Shown: positions 27,798 to 36,941 of the stretch, in pieces
How the letters are laid out: each line of letters opens with the position of its first letter
Position numbering within the stretch: position 1 is the stretch's first letter
Notes under the pieces: model-generated
What the model saw: the letters and a program-made list of their open reading frames with translations, nothing else
Told to the model about the DNA's origin: nothing
Databases searched by the model: none
Made by a program: the position numbers and the translations under genes
DNA from: Candidatus Krumholzibacteriia bacterium
GTDB lineage: Bacteria; Krumholzibacteriota; Krumholzibacteriia; LZORAL124-64-63
Length of the DNA: 36,993 nucleotides
Assembly (NCBI GenBank): GCA_046484865.1
Contig: JAWOID010000088.1
Location: 1 to 36,993, forward strand
Direction: 5' to 3'

Positions 27798-27957
27798 GTG
27801 TACCCGGGTGCTCGGGTGCTCGTGGACCCCGGGTGCTCGTGTACCCGGGTGCTCGTGGACTCGGGTGCTCGTGTACCCGGGTGCTCATGGACCCGAGTGC
27901 TGTGTACCCGGGTGCTGGTGGACTCGGGTGCTCGGGTGCTCGGGTACCCGGGTACAC
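27798..27957. repeat. Array of ~20 octamers (GGGTGCTC alternating with GTGTACCC/GTGGACYC) between the sigma and anti-sigma genes
   Basis: Units parsed directly. 16- and 32-bp higher-order periodicity. The last unit gggtacac is the reverse complement of the first unit gtgtaccc. Confidence 0.9.
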
Positions 27958-27982
27958 CGGGCGAGGTGGGGGGAGCGGAGGC

Positions 27983-28603
27983 TCAGTCGCGGTCGAAGTA
28001 CTGGCGGACGGCCGGATCGGCGCGCAGCCGCGCCAGGGCGCCGTGCAGGCGCGACTTCACCGTTCCCACCGGCACGCCCAGCGCCTGCGCGGTCTCTTCC
28101 AGCGACAGGCCGTCGACATACCGCAGCAGCAGCGCCTCGCGCTGGCCCTCGGGCAGCCCGTCCAGGACCGCGCGCAGGTCGCGGGCGGACAGTTCGGCCG
28201 ACGCCTCCGGCGAGGGGCGGCCGTTCGCGGTCGAGCGGGCAACATCGTCGAGCGGAGTGTCGCCGCGGGCGCGCCGCGCGCGCTCGCGAGCACGCAGGGC
28301 GAGATTGCGCACGGCGGGATACAGGAACGTGGTCAAGCGCGCGCGCAGCTCGAAACCGGGAAACCGGCTCAGCAGGTAGGAGAAGGTCTCCTGCAGGACG
28401 TCCAGCGCCAGGTCGTCGTCGCCGGTGAAGTGTCGCGCGACACGGACGGTCCACCCGCGGTAGCGAAGGTAAAGGGTTTCGAACGCGGCGACGTCGCCGC
28501 CGTCGATCGCACGCACCAGTTCCTCGTCGGTGCGCGGATCGTGCGACGGATCGCCGGCGCCGACGCCGGCGCCCCGGCCGGCTCCTGTCTCCCGATCGCC
28601 GAT
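27983..28603 (-). CDS. ECF-type RNA polymerase sigma-70 factor
   Basis: TDEELV...GDVAAFETLY, DVLQETF, FLYPAVRN (sigma2) and LPEGQREALLLRY...ETAQALGVPVGTVKSRL (sigma4). Start uncertain: GTG 28516 cuts TDEEL, ATC 28603 has an SD. Confidence 0.9.
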   Translation of the reverse strand: MGDRETGAGRGAGVGAGDPSHDPRTDEELVRAIDGGDVAAFETLYLRYRGWTVRVARHFTGDDDLALDVLQETFSYLLSRFPGFELRARLTTFLYPAVRNLALRARERARRARGDTPLDDVARSTANGRPSPEASAELSARDLRAVLDGLPEGQREALLLRYVDGLSLEETAQALGVPVGTVKSRLHGALARLRADPAVRQYFDRD

Positions 28604-28654
28604 ACGATGACCTCTTCCGCTCCTCGACGCCTGGCCGGGGCCCGATCGCAGAAA

Positions 28655-29947
28655 TCAGCTCCGATCGCCCACGGCCGACAGCGTCCACCGGATCCCGAGC
28701 GTCACTCCCACCGTGCGCAGCCGCGCGTCTTCGACGACTCGCGGTGCGTCGGCCTCGGCCTCCACGGTCCAGTCGCCCATGACGTAGTCGGCCCGCAGAC
28801 TCACGGCGGTGTGGCGGCCCACCTGCCGCTCCCAGCCGATCCCGATGCTGCCGCCGGTCCGGTCGATGTCGCCGCGCAGCTCGGGGGCGTATTCGACCCG
28901 TGCGCCCGCCCGGCCGGCTCCGATCTGCAGGTGCGGGCCCGTCCGCCAGGGGTAGACCTGCAGGACGAGGCGCCCGAGGAACAGGTCGGAGTGCAGGAGC
29001 CGGCTGTCGTCGGTCCAGCGGCGATGATCGTACGCCAGCGCCACCCTCGTCCAGCGGTGACCGACCATCACCGAGCGCCAGGGTCCCCAGCCGGCATCGT
29101 CCTGCTCGCGCCCGTCCCGGTCGCGCAACCACAGGTCGCGGTGGGCCGCCCCGGCGCTCAGCTCGAGGAACCAGGAGTTCCAGGACGGCGCAGCGGGATC
29201 ATGTAGAACCTCGCCGCGCGGACCCGAGACGCGCCAGTGGATCGACGCCAGGGCGCTCACCGCGGCGTCCACGCCCCGCACCGTCAGCTGCGGATCGGCC
29301 GTGCCCGGCGCGTATCGCTGCATGTCGGAGTAGCGCACGTCGCCGAGCACGCCGAGGGCGAGCGTCGCGTCGGACCAGCTCACCACCGGCACCTCCCAGC
29401 CGAGGCCGAGGCCGGAGGACCAGCCGGATTCGCTGAGGCTGCTCGATTCGGACAGGTCGAACGTGCGGCTGTCGCTCTCGAGACGGCGCACCGCGAGCAG
29501 TCCTCGGACCGTGAACGCGCCGCCGACGGGCCGCCACAGGTACTCGACCCCCCATTCCTCGCCGCGGAACGGCAGGACGTCGCCTTCGTCGAGCACGCTG
29601 CCGAAGATCGCCGCCGACCAGTGACGTCCCGCGTGCGTGCCGAAGCGGACGCGCCGGAACGGAGCATCGCCGCGCCAGGTGCCTGGATACCCGCCGCCGT
29701 CAACGTCCCAGTCGGCGAACGCGATCCCGAAGTCGACCGACGCGAACATGCGGTGGCGCCAGGATGGGACGGGCGCGCGGGCCGGGGCCGACCCGCCGCC
29801 GGCTGCCGCGGAAGAGGCGACGAGCAGGAGCAGTACAGCAGTCACGACGGCCATGACGACCGGCGGTCCCGAGGCGGCCCTCGCATCCTGCAGCGGCCGG
29901 CACCGCGCCGGCGGGATCCCGGAACGGGTGGATCCATGGGGGCACAA
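28655..29947 (-). CDS. Exported protein with outer-membrane beta-barrel-like strands, possibly two tandem small barrels
   Basis: TTG 29947 after GGAGG, hydrophobic signal, alternating strands (GLGLGWEVPV, GGSIGIGWE, VGVTLGIRW near the end). Confidence 0.6.
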   Translation of the reverse strand: MCPHGSTRSGIPPARCRPLQDARAASGPPVVMAVVTAVLLLLVASSAAAGGGSAPARAPVPSWRHRMFASVDFGIAFADWDVDGGGYPGTWRGDAPFRRVRFGTHAGRHWSAAIFGSVLDEGDVLPFRGEEWGVEYLWRPVGGAFTVRGLLAVRRLESDSRTFDLSESSSLSESGWSSGLGLGWEVPVVSWSDATLALGVLGDVRYSDMQRYAPGTADPQLTVRGVDAAVSALASIHWRVSGPRGEVLHDPAAPSWNSWFLELSAGAAHRDLWLRDRDGREQDDAGWGPWRSVMVGHRWTRVALAYDHRRWTDDSRLLHSDLFLGRLVLQVYPWRTGPHLQIGAGRAGARVEYAPELRGDIDRTGGSIGIGWERQVGRHTAVSLRADYVMGDWTVEAEADAPRVVEDARLRTVGVTLGIRWTLSAVGDRS

Positions 29948-30052
29948 TGGTCTACCTCCGCGAGACGAGGGATGTCCGCAGGGCTGCATGAAGATATGGA
30001 TCCGTCGATAGCATGGTATCAATGGCTCCTGCCGGACCGCGCTATCAAGATC

Positions 30053-30071
30053 ATTGAAAATACTTTTCATT
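30053..30071. promoter_or_regulatory. Fur-box-like palindrome in a divergent intergenic region
   Basis: ATTGAAAATACTTTTCATT, one mismatch to WWTGAAAATnATTTTCAWW, inside an AT-rich patch. Confidence 0.55.
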
Positions 30072-30172
30072 TCGATTAGGCTCGTGCCTCACCCGGTGCC
30101 GGGGGGGAGGTCCCGGGTAGCCCTGCCTGCCGAACCCCGGCGTCCGTCACTCGCCCGCTGGAATCCGGGGGG

Positions 30173-33100
30173 ATGGTCATGCTTCCTCGCCATCGAATGC
30201 CGCTTGCCGCTTTCCTGATGCTCGCACTCCTCATCGCCGCCACTCCGTCGTCCGCACAGCCCGACCCGTGGGAGCCCGGCCTCGTCCAGGTCCTCTTCGT
30301 GCCGGAGGCCGCCATCCGGATCGAACTGGGCGAACCGGTGGACCTGGCCGGCAACGCCACCGACGGCCTGGCGCTGATTCTCGCACCGCTGCCGTGGCAC
30401 GAGTGGTCGCCGCTCTGCCACCTGCCGCCGGAGGAACTCGACCGCCTGCACGACGACGGCGAGCTGCAGTCCGGCCTCGACCTCTACAACCTGAACAACG
30501 TGGTCTTCCTGCGGACCGATCCGGCGATCGACCCGTGGCTCCTGGCCGCCGACCTCGAGGCGCTGCCCGGCGTCATGAGGTCGTTGCCGGTCCCGCTGCC
30601 GCCCGAACCGCCCACGCCGGACTTCGAACCCCAGCAGGCCTACCTCATGGCGGCCGTGGGTACGCCCAAGGGCATCGACGCGCAGTACGCCTGGTCGCAG
30701 CCCGGCGGAACGGGCGCGGGCGTGACGATCTGCGACGTGGAGTACAGCTGGAATCGCCTGCACCAGGATCTGCCGATCGGCGCGGAACTGAACACGAACG
30801 TGTACGACCCGTTCGCCAACACCGACCACGGCACCGGCGTCGCAGGCGAGCTGGTCGGGATCGACAACGGCTGGGGCGTCACGGGGATCGCCAAGAACGC
30901 CGCCCTGGTAACCTCCGGCGCGGCCTCCGGCACCCCGCCGTTCTGGAATCCGGCCGGTGCCATCGCGGCCGCGGCCGCGGTCCTCGGCCCCAGCGACATC
31001 ATCCTGCTCGAGCAGCAGTACGACATCACCTGGCCCACGAACCTCGGCTGGTACGTGCCGGTGGAGTGGTACGGCGACGGTAGCGGCGGCCAGACCCTGA
31101 ACGCGGTCTACAGCGCCATCCAGACCGCCACCGCGAACGGCATCCACGTGGTCGAAGCCGGCGGCAACGGCAACTTCGACCTGGACACCGTCACCTGGAT
31201 CGGAGACTCGGGCGCCATCATCGTGGGCGCCGGGGGCGCCCAGTGGACCAACGACCTGCAGCGGCTCTCGTTCTCGAGCTATGGCTCGCGCTTCGACCTG
31301 CAGGGCTGGGGCGAACTGGTGGTGACGACCGGGTACGGCGACCTCTACAACCTCGAAGGGCAGAACCGCTGGTTCACGTCGACGTTCAACGGCACCAGCA
31401 GTGCGTCTCCGATGGTAACGGGTGCGCTCGCCTGCTGCATCGGCTACTGGCTGCAGAACGTGCCGACGGCGCTGCCCGGGCCGGCCTACTTCCGGGCCCT
31501 GCTGGCGAACACCGGCACGCCGCAGGTATTCGGCGCCACCGGAAACATCGGTCCCCGCCCGAACCTCGGCGCCGCCCTGATCCAGCTCGCGGCCCAGGTC
31601 CCGTGGACGGACGTCACACCGGCGGCGGCCACGTCGATGGTGAACACGACCGGTATCGCCTGGGGCGACTACGACCGGGACGGCGACCCCGACCTGTACG
31701 TCACCGCCTTCCTCCAGCCGAACATCCTGCTGCGGAACGACCTGATGACCGGCTGGACGCCGGCCGGCCCGCCCGCGGTCCGTGACAGCGGTCCCGGGCA
31801 GGAGCCCCTGTGGTGCGACCTGGACGCGGACGGCAACCTCGACCTCTACTTCGCCAACGGTGGTGCGGGAAACCGGCTGCTGCGCGGCGACGGCCTCGGG
31901 AACTTCGTGGATGCCACGATGCCTCCTCTGCAGGGGATGGGCACCACCTGGTCGGTCGCCGAGGTCGATCTCGTGGGCAACAAGGCGAACGACCTCTACC
32001 TGGGCAACGACCAGTCGCTCCCGAACGAGGTCCTCTGGAACGACATCGGTATGAGCATGTGGAACAACGTGACGTTCCCGCCCCTGGACAATCCGCCCTC
32101 GTGCTGGGACGCCGCCTGGTGCGACTTCGATCGCGACGGCGACCAGGACGTGTTCCTCGCCAATCCGGGCAACCCCAGCTACCTCTACGAGCAGCAGGTG
32201 CCCGGAGGGTTCATAGACGTTACGCCGCCGCCCCTCTTCGGCATGCCCATGCCCATCAACAGCGCCGCCTGGGGCGATTACGACAACGACGGCGACTTCG
32301 ACCTGTTCGTCGCCTGCAACGGCGTCTCGTCGCGCCTGTTCCGTCACGACGGAGCGGGCGTCTTCACGGACGTTACCGCCGGGGCGCTGGCGCTGGCCAC
32401 GGCCGCCATGGGCTGCGCCTGGGGCGACTACGACAACGACGGCGACCTGGACCTGTTCGTCGCGCAGACCGGTCCCAACCTGCTGCTGCGCAACGACGGT
32501 CCCGCCGGCTTCGTCGACGATACCCGCGGGTTCATGGCCGACGCGGGCAGCAACCGGGGTTGCGCCTGGGCCGACTGGGACCTGGACGGCGACCTCGACC
32601 TGGCGACGGCCGACTTCGCCGGTGCGCCGCGCCTGTTGCGCAACGACTGGGGTTTCCCGGGCAACTGGATCGAAATCGATCTGGTCGGTGCGCCGCACAA
32701 CACCGACGCCACCGGTTGCCAGGTGCGGATCGTCGCCGGCGGCCTGCGCCAGGTCCGCCAGGTCCTGGTGGGCGAGGGGTTGACGGCCTACGGCCCGCGC
32801 CGCCTGCACTTCGGCCTGGGGACCGCCGTCCAGGCCGACACCTTGCAGATCTGGTGGCCGAGCGGCGGCGTCGAACAGCACGTGGCGGTCCCGGCGAACA
32901 TGATCCACCAGTTCATCCAGCTCCCGGTCGTGGCGGTAGACGAGGATGTTCCCGGACTGCCTGCGATCACCGCCCTGCACGGAGCGGCGCCCAACCCGTT
33001 CAACCCGGCCACGGCCATCCGCTTCGACCTGGCCGCCGCGGGCGCGGTCCGGTTGGAGGTCTTCGCCGTGGACGGCCGGCGCGTGGCGACCCTGGTGGAC

Positions 33101-33241
33101 GCGAACCTGGACGCCGGCGCCCATTCGGTGCGGTGGGACGGGCGGGACGGCAGCGGCCGGATGGCCGCCAGCGGCAACTACGTCTGCCGGTTGTCGGCGG
33201 CCGGCGCGACGTTCACGTCGAGGCTGATGCTGGTAAAATGA
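30173..33241 (+). CDS. S8 subtilisin-like peptidase fused to FG-GAP/VCBS repeats, ASPIC/UnbV and FlgD-Ig-like tail
   Basis: Signal peptide. Triad ICDVE, DHGTGVAG, FNGTSSASP, oxyanion AGGNG. Repeated WGDYDNDGDxDL. RRLHFGLG...IWWPSG. APNPFNP...WDGRD...GNY. Confidence 0.9.
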   Translation: MVMLPRHRMPLAAFLMLALLIAATPSSAQPDPWEPGLVQVLFVPEAAIRIELGEPVDLAGNATDGLALILAPLPWHEWSPLCHLPPEELDRLHDDGELQSGLDLYNLNNVVFLRTDPAIDPWLLAADLEALPGVMRSLPVPLPPEPPTPDFEPQQAYLMAAVGTPKGIDAQYAWSQPGGTGAGVTICDVEYSWNRLHQDLPIGAELNTNVYDPFANTDHGTGVAGELVGIDNGWGVTGIAKNAALVTSGAASGTPPFWNPAGAIAAAAAVLGPSDIILLEQQYDITWPTNLGWYVPVEWYGDGSGGQTLNAVYSAIQTATANGIHVVEAGGNGNFDLDTVTWIGDSGAIIVGAGGAQWTNDLQRLSFSSYGSRFDLQGWGELVVTTGYGDLYNLEGQNRWFTSTFNGTSSASPMVTGALACCIGYWLQNVPTALPGPAYFRALLANTGTPQVFGATGNIGPRPNLGAALIQLAAQVPWTDVTPAAATSMVNTTGIAWGDYDRDGDPDLYVTAFLQPNILLRNDLMTGWTPAGPPAVRDSGPGQEPLWCDLDADGNLDLYFANGGAGNRLLRGDGLGNFVDATMPPLQGMGTTWSVAEVDLVGNKANDLYLGNDQSLPNEVLWNDIGMSMWNNVTFPPLDNPPSCWDAAWCDFDRDGDQDVFLANPGNPSYLYEQQVPGGFIDVTPPPLFGMPMPINSAAWGDYDNDGDFDLFVACNGVSSRLFRHDGAGVFTDVTAGALALATAAMGCAWGDYDNDGDLDLFVAQTGPNLLLRNDGPAGFVDDTRGFMADAGSNRGCAWADWDLDGDLDLATADFAGAPRLLRNDWGFPGNWIEIDLVGAPHNTDATGCQVRIVAGGLRQVRQVLVGEGLTAYGPRRLHFGLGTAVQADTLQIWWPSGGVEQHVAVPANMIHQFIQLPVVAVDEDVPGLPAITALHGAAPNPFNPATAIRFDLAAAGAVRLEVFAVDGRRVATLVDANLDAGAHSVRWDGRDGSGRMAASGNYVCRLSAAGATFTSRLMLVK

Positions 33242-33340
33242 CGGTCGCGTCGCCGGACGTGGCCGGGCCCAGCATGCACGAGACGCGCCGGCATCCGCGG
33301 CGGAAGCGGGCGCCGACGCGCACGGGCGCGAGCAGGCCGT

Positions 33341-33910
33341 CTACAGTCCGCCTCGGTCCTCGGCCACCACGGGCTGCTCCCGGACGCCGCCGCCCTTCTT
33401 GAGCGCCTTGCGGAAGTCCTTCGCCACGCGCTTGAACATCTGGTCGCCCGACTCGGACCAGCGCTGGACCTGGCCCTCGAAGTTACCGGCGAACACCGTA
33501 TGGCCGTCGCGCAGGTCCACCAGCGTCAGTTCGGTCACCACCTTGGCCGAGCCGGCGCCGAACCCGACGAAGAAGCGCAGAAAGCCGCTGCCCCGCTTGT
33601 AATCCAGGATGCTGCCGCGCAGCTCGTAGACGCAGTCGTCGCCCTCTTCCATCTGCAGTCCGAGATCGTAGTCCTTCGCGACCTCCGTTTGCAGATAGGT
33701 GCGGAAGAGCGCGATGTCCTCGGCCGTGGGCCGGTCGTCGAGCGCCGTGTCGGACGGCAGGTTGTCCTCGAACGTCCCCATCCGGAAGGTCGACGGACTC
33801 GAGAACGACTCGTCGAGCCCCTGCGTGATGACGTACGAAGGCGTGCAGCCGGTCAGAGCGAGGCTCAGCACCGCCACGGCCAGCGCCGCCCGCAAAATGT
33901 CCCGTCTCAT
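33341..33910 (-). CDS. DUF4410-like lipoprotein
   Basis: Lipobox LTGC, GSILDYKRGSGFLRFFVGFGAGSA motif, SD GAGGAG. Confidence 0.8.
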   Translation of the reverse strand: MRRDILRAALAVAVLSLALTGCTPSYVITQGLDESFSSPSTFRMGTFEDNLPSDTALDDRPTAEDIALFRTYLQTEVAKDYDLGLQMEEGDDCVYELRGSILDYKRGSGFLRFFVGFGAGSAKVVTELTLVDLRDGHTVFAGNFEGQVQRWSESGDQMFKRVAKDFRKALKKGGGVREQPVVAEDRGGL

Positions 33911-33938
33911 CCATCTCTCCTCTCGAAGGGGCCGGCGG

Positions 33939-34970
33939 TCATTTCAGGAAGTAGACGAGGCCGACCTTGACGTCGACCAGCCACGCCGTCTGGGCGGTCT
34001 GATAATATCCGTAGTCGCCGTTTTCCGACCCCAGCCAGATCATGTCCACCTCGGCGCCGAGGTCGACGCCGACGCGGCTGGACAGCATGCTCACCAGGCC
34101 TCCGCCGAACGTCGTCATGAATTTGGTCTCGGTGTCCGAAGCGGACTCCGGGTAGATGACGCCGGGGACGGGGTCGTTCACGGTCACGTCGAGGGCCAAA
34201 CGGTGCACGGCGAGCCCCAGGCCCCCGTAAAGGTGTGCGAAGCTGCCGCCGCCCGACCTGGAAAGGGGCGCCAGCACCTGAGCCGCCGCGGAGAAACGCC
34301 ACACGGCGAGGCTCAGATCGAAGGCGACGTCCTGAGACGTGAACCGGTCGAGCTCGAAATCGGCGCCGGAGCGCGAGGCGGAGAGCCGCACCGCGATCTT
34401 GCGGCTCACGGCGATCAGGGCGTCGCCCTCGTAGCCGATTCCGCTCTCCACGCCCTCGTAGTAGTCGCCGAAGGGGAAGCTGTAGTTGCCGGCCAGACGC
34501 AGGGCCAGCGGCCACTCGGACGCCCGGGCGCTCCGGTAGGCCGCGTCCGACTCCGACAGCCAGACGGTTCCGCCGGCGGGAGCAGCTTCATGGTCGCCGT
34601 CGTCAGCTGCCGGGAGGTTTCGACCCGCCGGGGGCGCCTCCCCGGACTGCGGGGCGGGCGTGGTACGCCGGGTCGGCCGCCGGTCGATCACGTCGCGCGT
34701 GATGTCGACTCCGTCCTCGACGATGCTCGCCACGGCGGAGAAGCTGACCTGCCGCTCGCCCTCGGGCCACCGCATTCTCACGATCTTGAAGCGCCCGTCC
34801 ACGGTCAGATCGACGTTCTCGTACACCTCGCCCGACGTGAGAACGACGGTGACCTTGCCCGAGCCGGGATCGACGCCGATCTCCTGAGTGGCCGCCAGCC
34901 CCGCCTGAAGAAGCACGGCCAGCAGGACACAGCAGAAGCCCGCCAGGCGGCGGGCAGCGGTGCAAGTCAT
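33939..34970 (-). CDS. Outer membrane beta-barrel protein (OmpA-like barrel) with N-terminal extra domain
   Basis: SD AGGGGG, signal peptide, Pro-rich linker, strands HLYGGLGLA, TFGGGL, terminal VKVGLVYF. Confidence 0.7.
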   Translation of the reverse strand: MTCTAARRLAGFCCVLLAVLLQAGLAATQEIGVDPGSGKVTVVLTSGEVYENVDLTVDGRFKIVRMRWPEGERQVSFSAVASIVEDGVDITRDVIDRRPTRRTTPAPQSGEAPPAGRNLPAADDGDHEAAPAGGTVWLSESDAAYRSARASEWPLALRLAGNYSFPFGDYYEGVESGIGYEGDALIAVSRKIAVRLSASRSGADFELDRFTSQDVAFDLSLAVWRFSAAAQVLAPLSRSGGGSFAHLYGGLGLAVHRLALDVTVNDPVPGVIYPESASDTETKFMTTFGGGLVSMLSSRVGVDLGAEVDMIWLGSENGDYGYYQTAQTAWLVDVKVGLVYFLK

Positions 34971-35109
34971 GACTCCCCCTTGGTCGCGACCGTGTGGGCC
35001 CCTCCGCAGTCGACAGGATCATATCAATTTTCGCCGCCGGATGTCACGGAGCATGTGCGGGCAGGGGGTCCGGGCGGTGCCCGATGTGCGGTCGAGGGAG
35101 CAAGGAAGC

Positions 35110-35140
35110 GAGGGAGACGGGCCCTGCGCCCGTCTCCCTC
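35110..35140 (-). terminator. 13-bp hairpin downstream of the Ig-domain gene
   Basis: gagggagacgggc / gcccgtctccctc with 5-nt loop. Weak U-tract. Confidence 0.55.
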
Positions 35141-35183
35141 CGTGGGGGCTTTCCACTCGAACGCTAGCGCGACGCCGGCAAGG

Positions 35184-36305
35184 TCAAGGCAAGGTCAGAG
35201 TGCCCGACCGCGTCGCTGTCTGGTCGCCGTTGAGGCTGTCGACGGTGATCGTCACGGTGACCGGTCCCGGGCCGTCATCACCGACCGACAGCACCGCCGT
35301 GAACTCCGTGTAACCGAGCCCCGACCGCTGGGTGTCGGGCAGTTCCACCGCGATGTCGCCGCTCAGGTCGCCACGGGTGGTCGAGACCGTGATCGTGGTT
35401 CCGGCCGTCAGGGGGTTCCCGTTCGCATCTCCGACGTAGAAACGGAAGGGAATCGAGCCCACCGCGGTGAACCCGTTGGCGGGGCTGTCCACGCGCAAGA
35501 TGGTCTCGCCGCTCCACATCACGTGACCGTGCGTGGTCAGGGAGTCGAGCCTCGCCAGCGCGGGGTCCCATCCCACCGTGCGGGCGGTGATCAGGACCAG
35601 CCCGTCGCCGCCCGGGATCGCGGGGTAGGGCGCCGCGGAGTAGTGGACGACCGAGCCGCGCCCGAGGCTGTCCGTACGCGCGGAGCCTTCGACGATCCCG
35701 TACTCGGAGCTGAAGAAGACGGCCGTGTGCTCCGACACCGGGTTCCCGTGCAGGTCGCCGACGTGGGCCACCACGCGGGTCTCCTGATCGGCGTAGACGA
35801 GACCGGCGATGTTCAGCGTGCTGAACGCGATCGAGAAATGTTCCCGGTCCGGCAACCCGCCGTGGACGGCCACCCGGACGGGCCGGGAGAGTATGCCGAG
35901 CGCCTCCGCCGATACCTCGACCACACCCGACGAATCGCCCGCACTGATGGTGGTGGCCGCTCGTCCCATCTGGTTGGTGGTGGCGGTGGCGGGATGGATC
36001 GTCGCGTCGACGGCACCGCTCGAGTCTTGCGTGAAGCTCATCGTCACCGCGTGGGTCTCGTCCACCGGGATGCCGTTGCGGTCACGCGCCTCGAACACGA
36101 TGGTCGAGGTCTCGCGCATGCCCGAGGCGTGCACGTAGATGTGCGCGTGCTCGGTCTCCACCGCGACGATGTTGCTCGCCTCTTCCGAGGTGAAAGCCAG
36201 ATCGGTCACCGCCTGGTAGCCCGCCGCCGCGGCGGTGACTCGCGCCAGACCGGTGACGAAGCGGTCGGCCCGCAAGCGCATGCTCGCGGCGCCGCTGCTG
36301 TCGGT
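35184..36305 (-). CDS. Invasin/intimin-type Ig-like (Big_1) repeat protein, 5'-truncated at the junction
   Basis: [29 protein letters not shown]...VFF, TDSLGRG and DANGNPL motifs. No signal peptide or true start; upstream DNA is the moaA fragment. Confidence 0.75.
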   Translation of the reverse strand, partial: TDSSGAASMRLRADRFVTGLARVTAAAAGYQAVTDLAFTSEEASNIVAVETEHAHIYVHASGMRETSTIVFEARDRNGIPVDETHAVTMSFTQDSSGAVDATIHPATATTNQMGRAATTISAGDSSGVVEVSAEALGILSRPVRVAVHGGLPDREHFSIAFSTLNIAGLVYADQETRVVAHVGDLHGNPVSEHTAVFFSSEYGIVEGSARTDSLGRGSVVHYSAAPYPAIPGGDGLVLITARTVGWDPALARLDSLTTHGHVMWSGETILRVDSPANGFTAVGSIPFRFYVGDANGNPLTAGTTITVSTTRGDLSGDIAVELPDTQRSGLGYTEFTAVLSVGDDGPGPVTVTITVDSLNGDQTATRSGTLTLP

Positions 36306-36519
36306 GCGGCTCACCTGCACGGGCGAGCTCTACATGTGCCTCGGGCAGGAGGACATGGCCGACCTCCGCGCGCCGCTCCGCGCCAGCGCAGAGGACGCGC
36401 TCCTCGAGGAGGCCATCCGCGCCGCCATCACCCGCAAGCCCAGGGGCCACGACTTCGACTATTCCCGCCAGACCGTCGCGGGCCAGGTCACCCGCCACAT
36501 GAGCCACACCGGCGGCTGA
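36304..36519 (+). pseudogene. moaA: C-terminal fragment of GTP 3',8-cyclase MoaA
   Basis: [17 protein letters not shown]...RKPRGHDF...RHMSHTGG, ending in the conserved GG. The radical SAM domain is absent. Confidence 0.88.
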
Positions 36520-36941
36520 CGGGCGGCGCCTTCCGCTTCGGGCCGGAGCGCAGCCGCGCGCGTCGGGACTGCACCTTCCGGCCGGCGAGGACCTGAGCTG
36601 ATCCCCGATCTTTGTGTACCTGCCGATCGATGACGTCCGATGCGTCGCGGCCGATACGGTGGCGACAGTCTGCTTCGTGGCGATGAAGGGCTGCGAATCC
36701 GTCGACGACGCCATCGCGCGTGGTCTCGATCTCGCGCTCGGCAGGAACGCCGGGCCGTGGCTCTTGCAGGATGAGGAGCGCCGCTCCGTCACCGGCCGGC
36801 AGCGGCGCCGGCGATCCTCCTGCCGTCGCGCCACAAGCCGTCCCGACAGGTCATGACGGGACGCCGCATTACAATCCGCCCCCCGCGTCGCCATATGTCA
36901 CTCAGGCGTTCACCACCGGACGCCGGTGAAAGGCGCCATTC

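Noticed and set aside
27798..27957. Repeat arrays (also 3672-3771) as CRISPR
   Set aside because: Units are 8-16 bp, contiguous, without unique spacers, and there are no cas genes in the window.
36614..36856. 80-aa ORF after the moaA fragment
   Set aside because: No SD and no recognisable family, so it cannot be supported as a gene.
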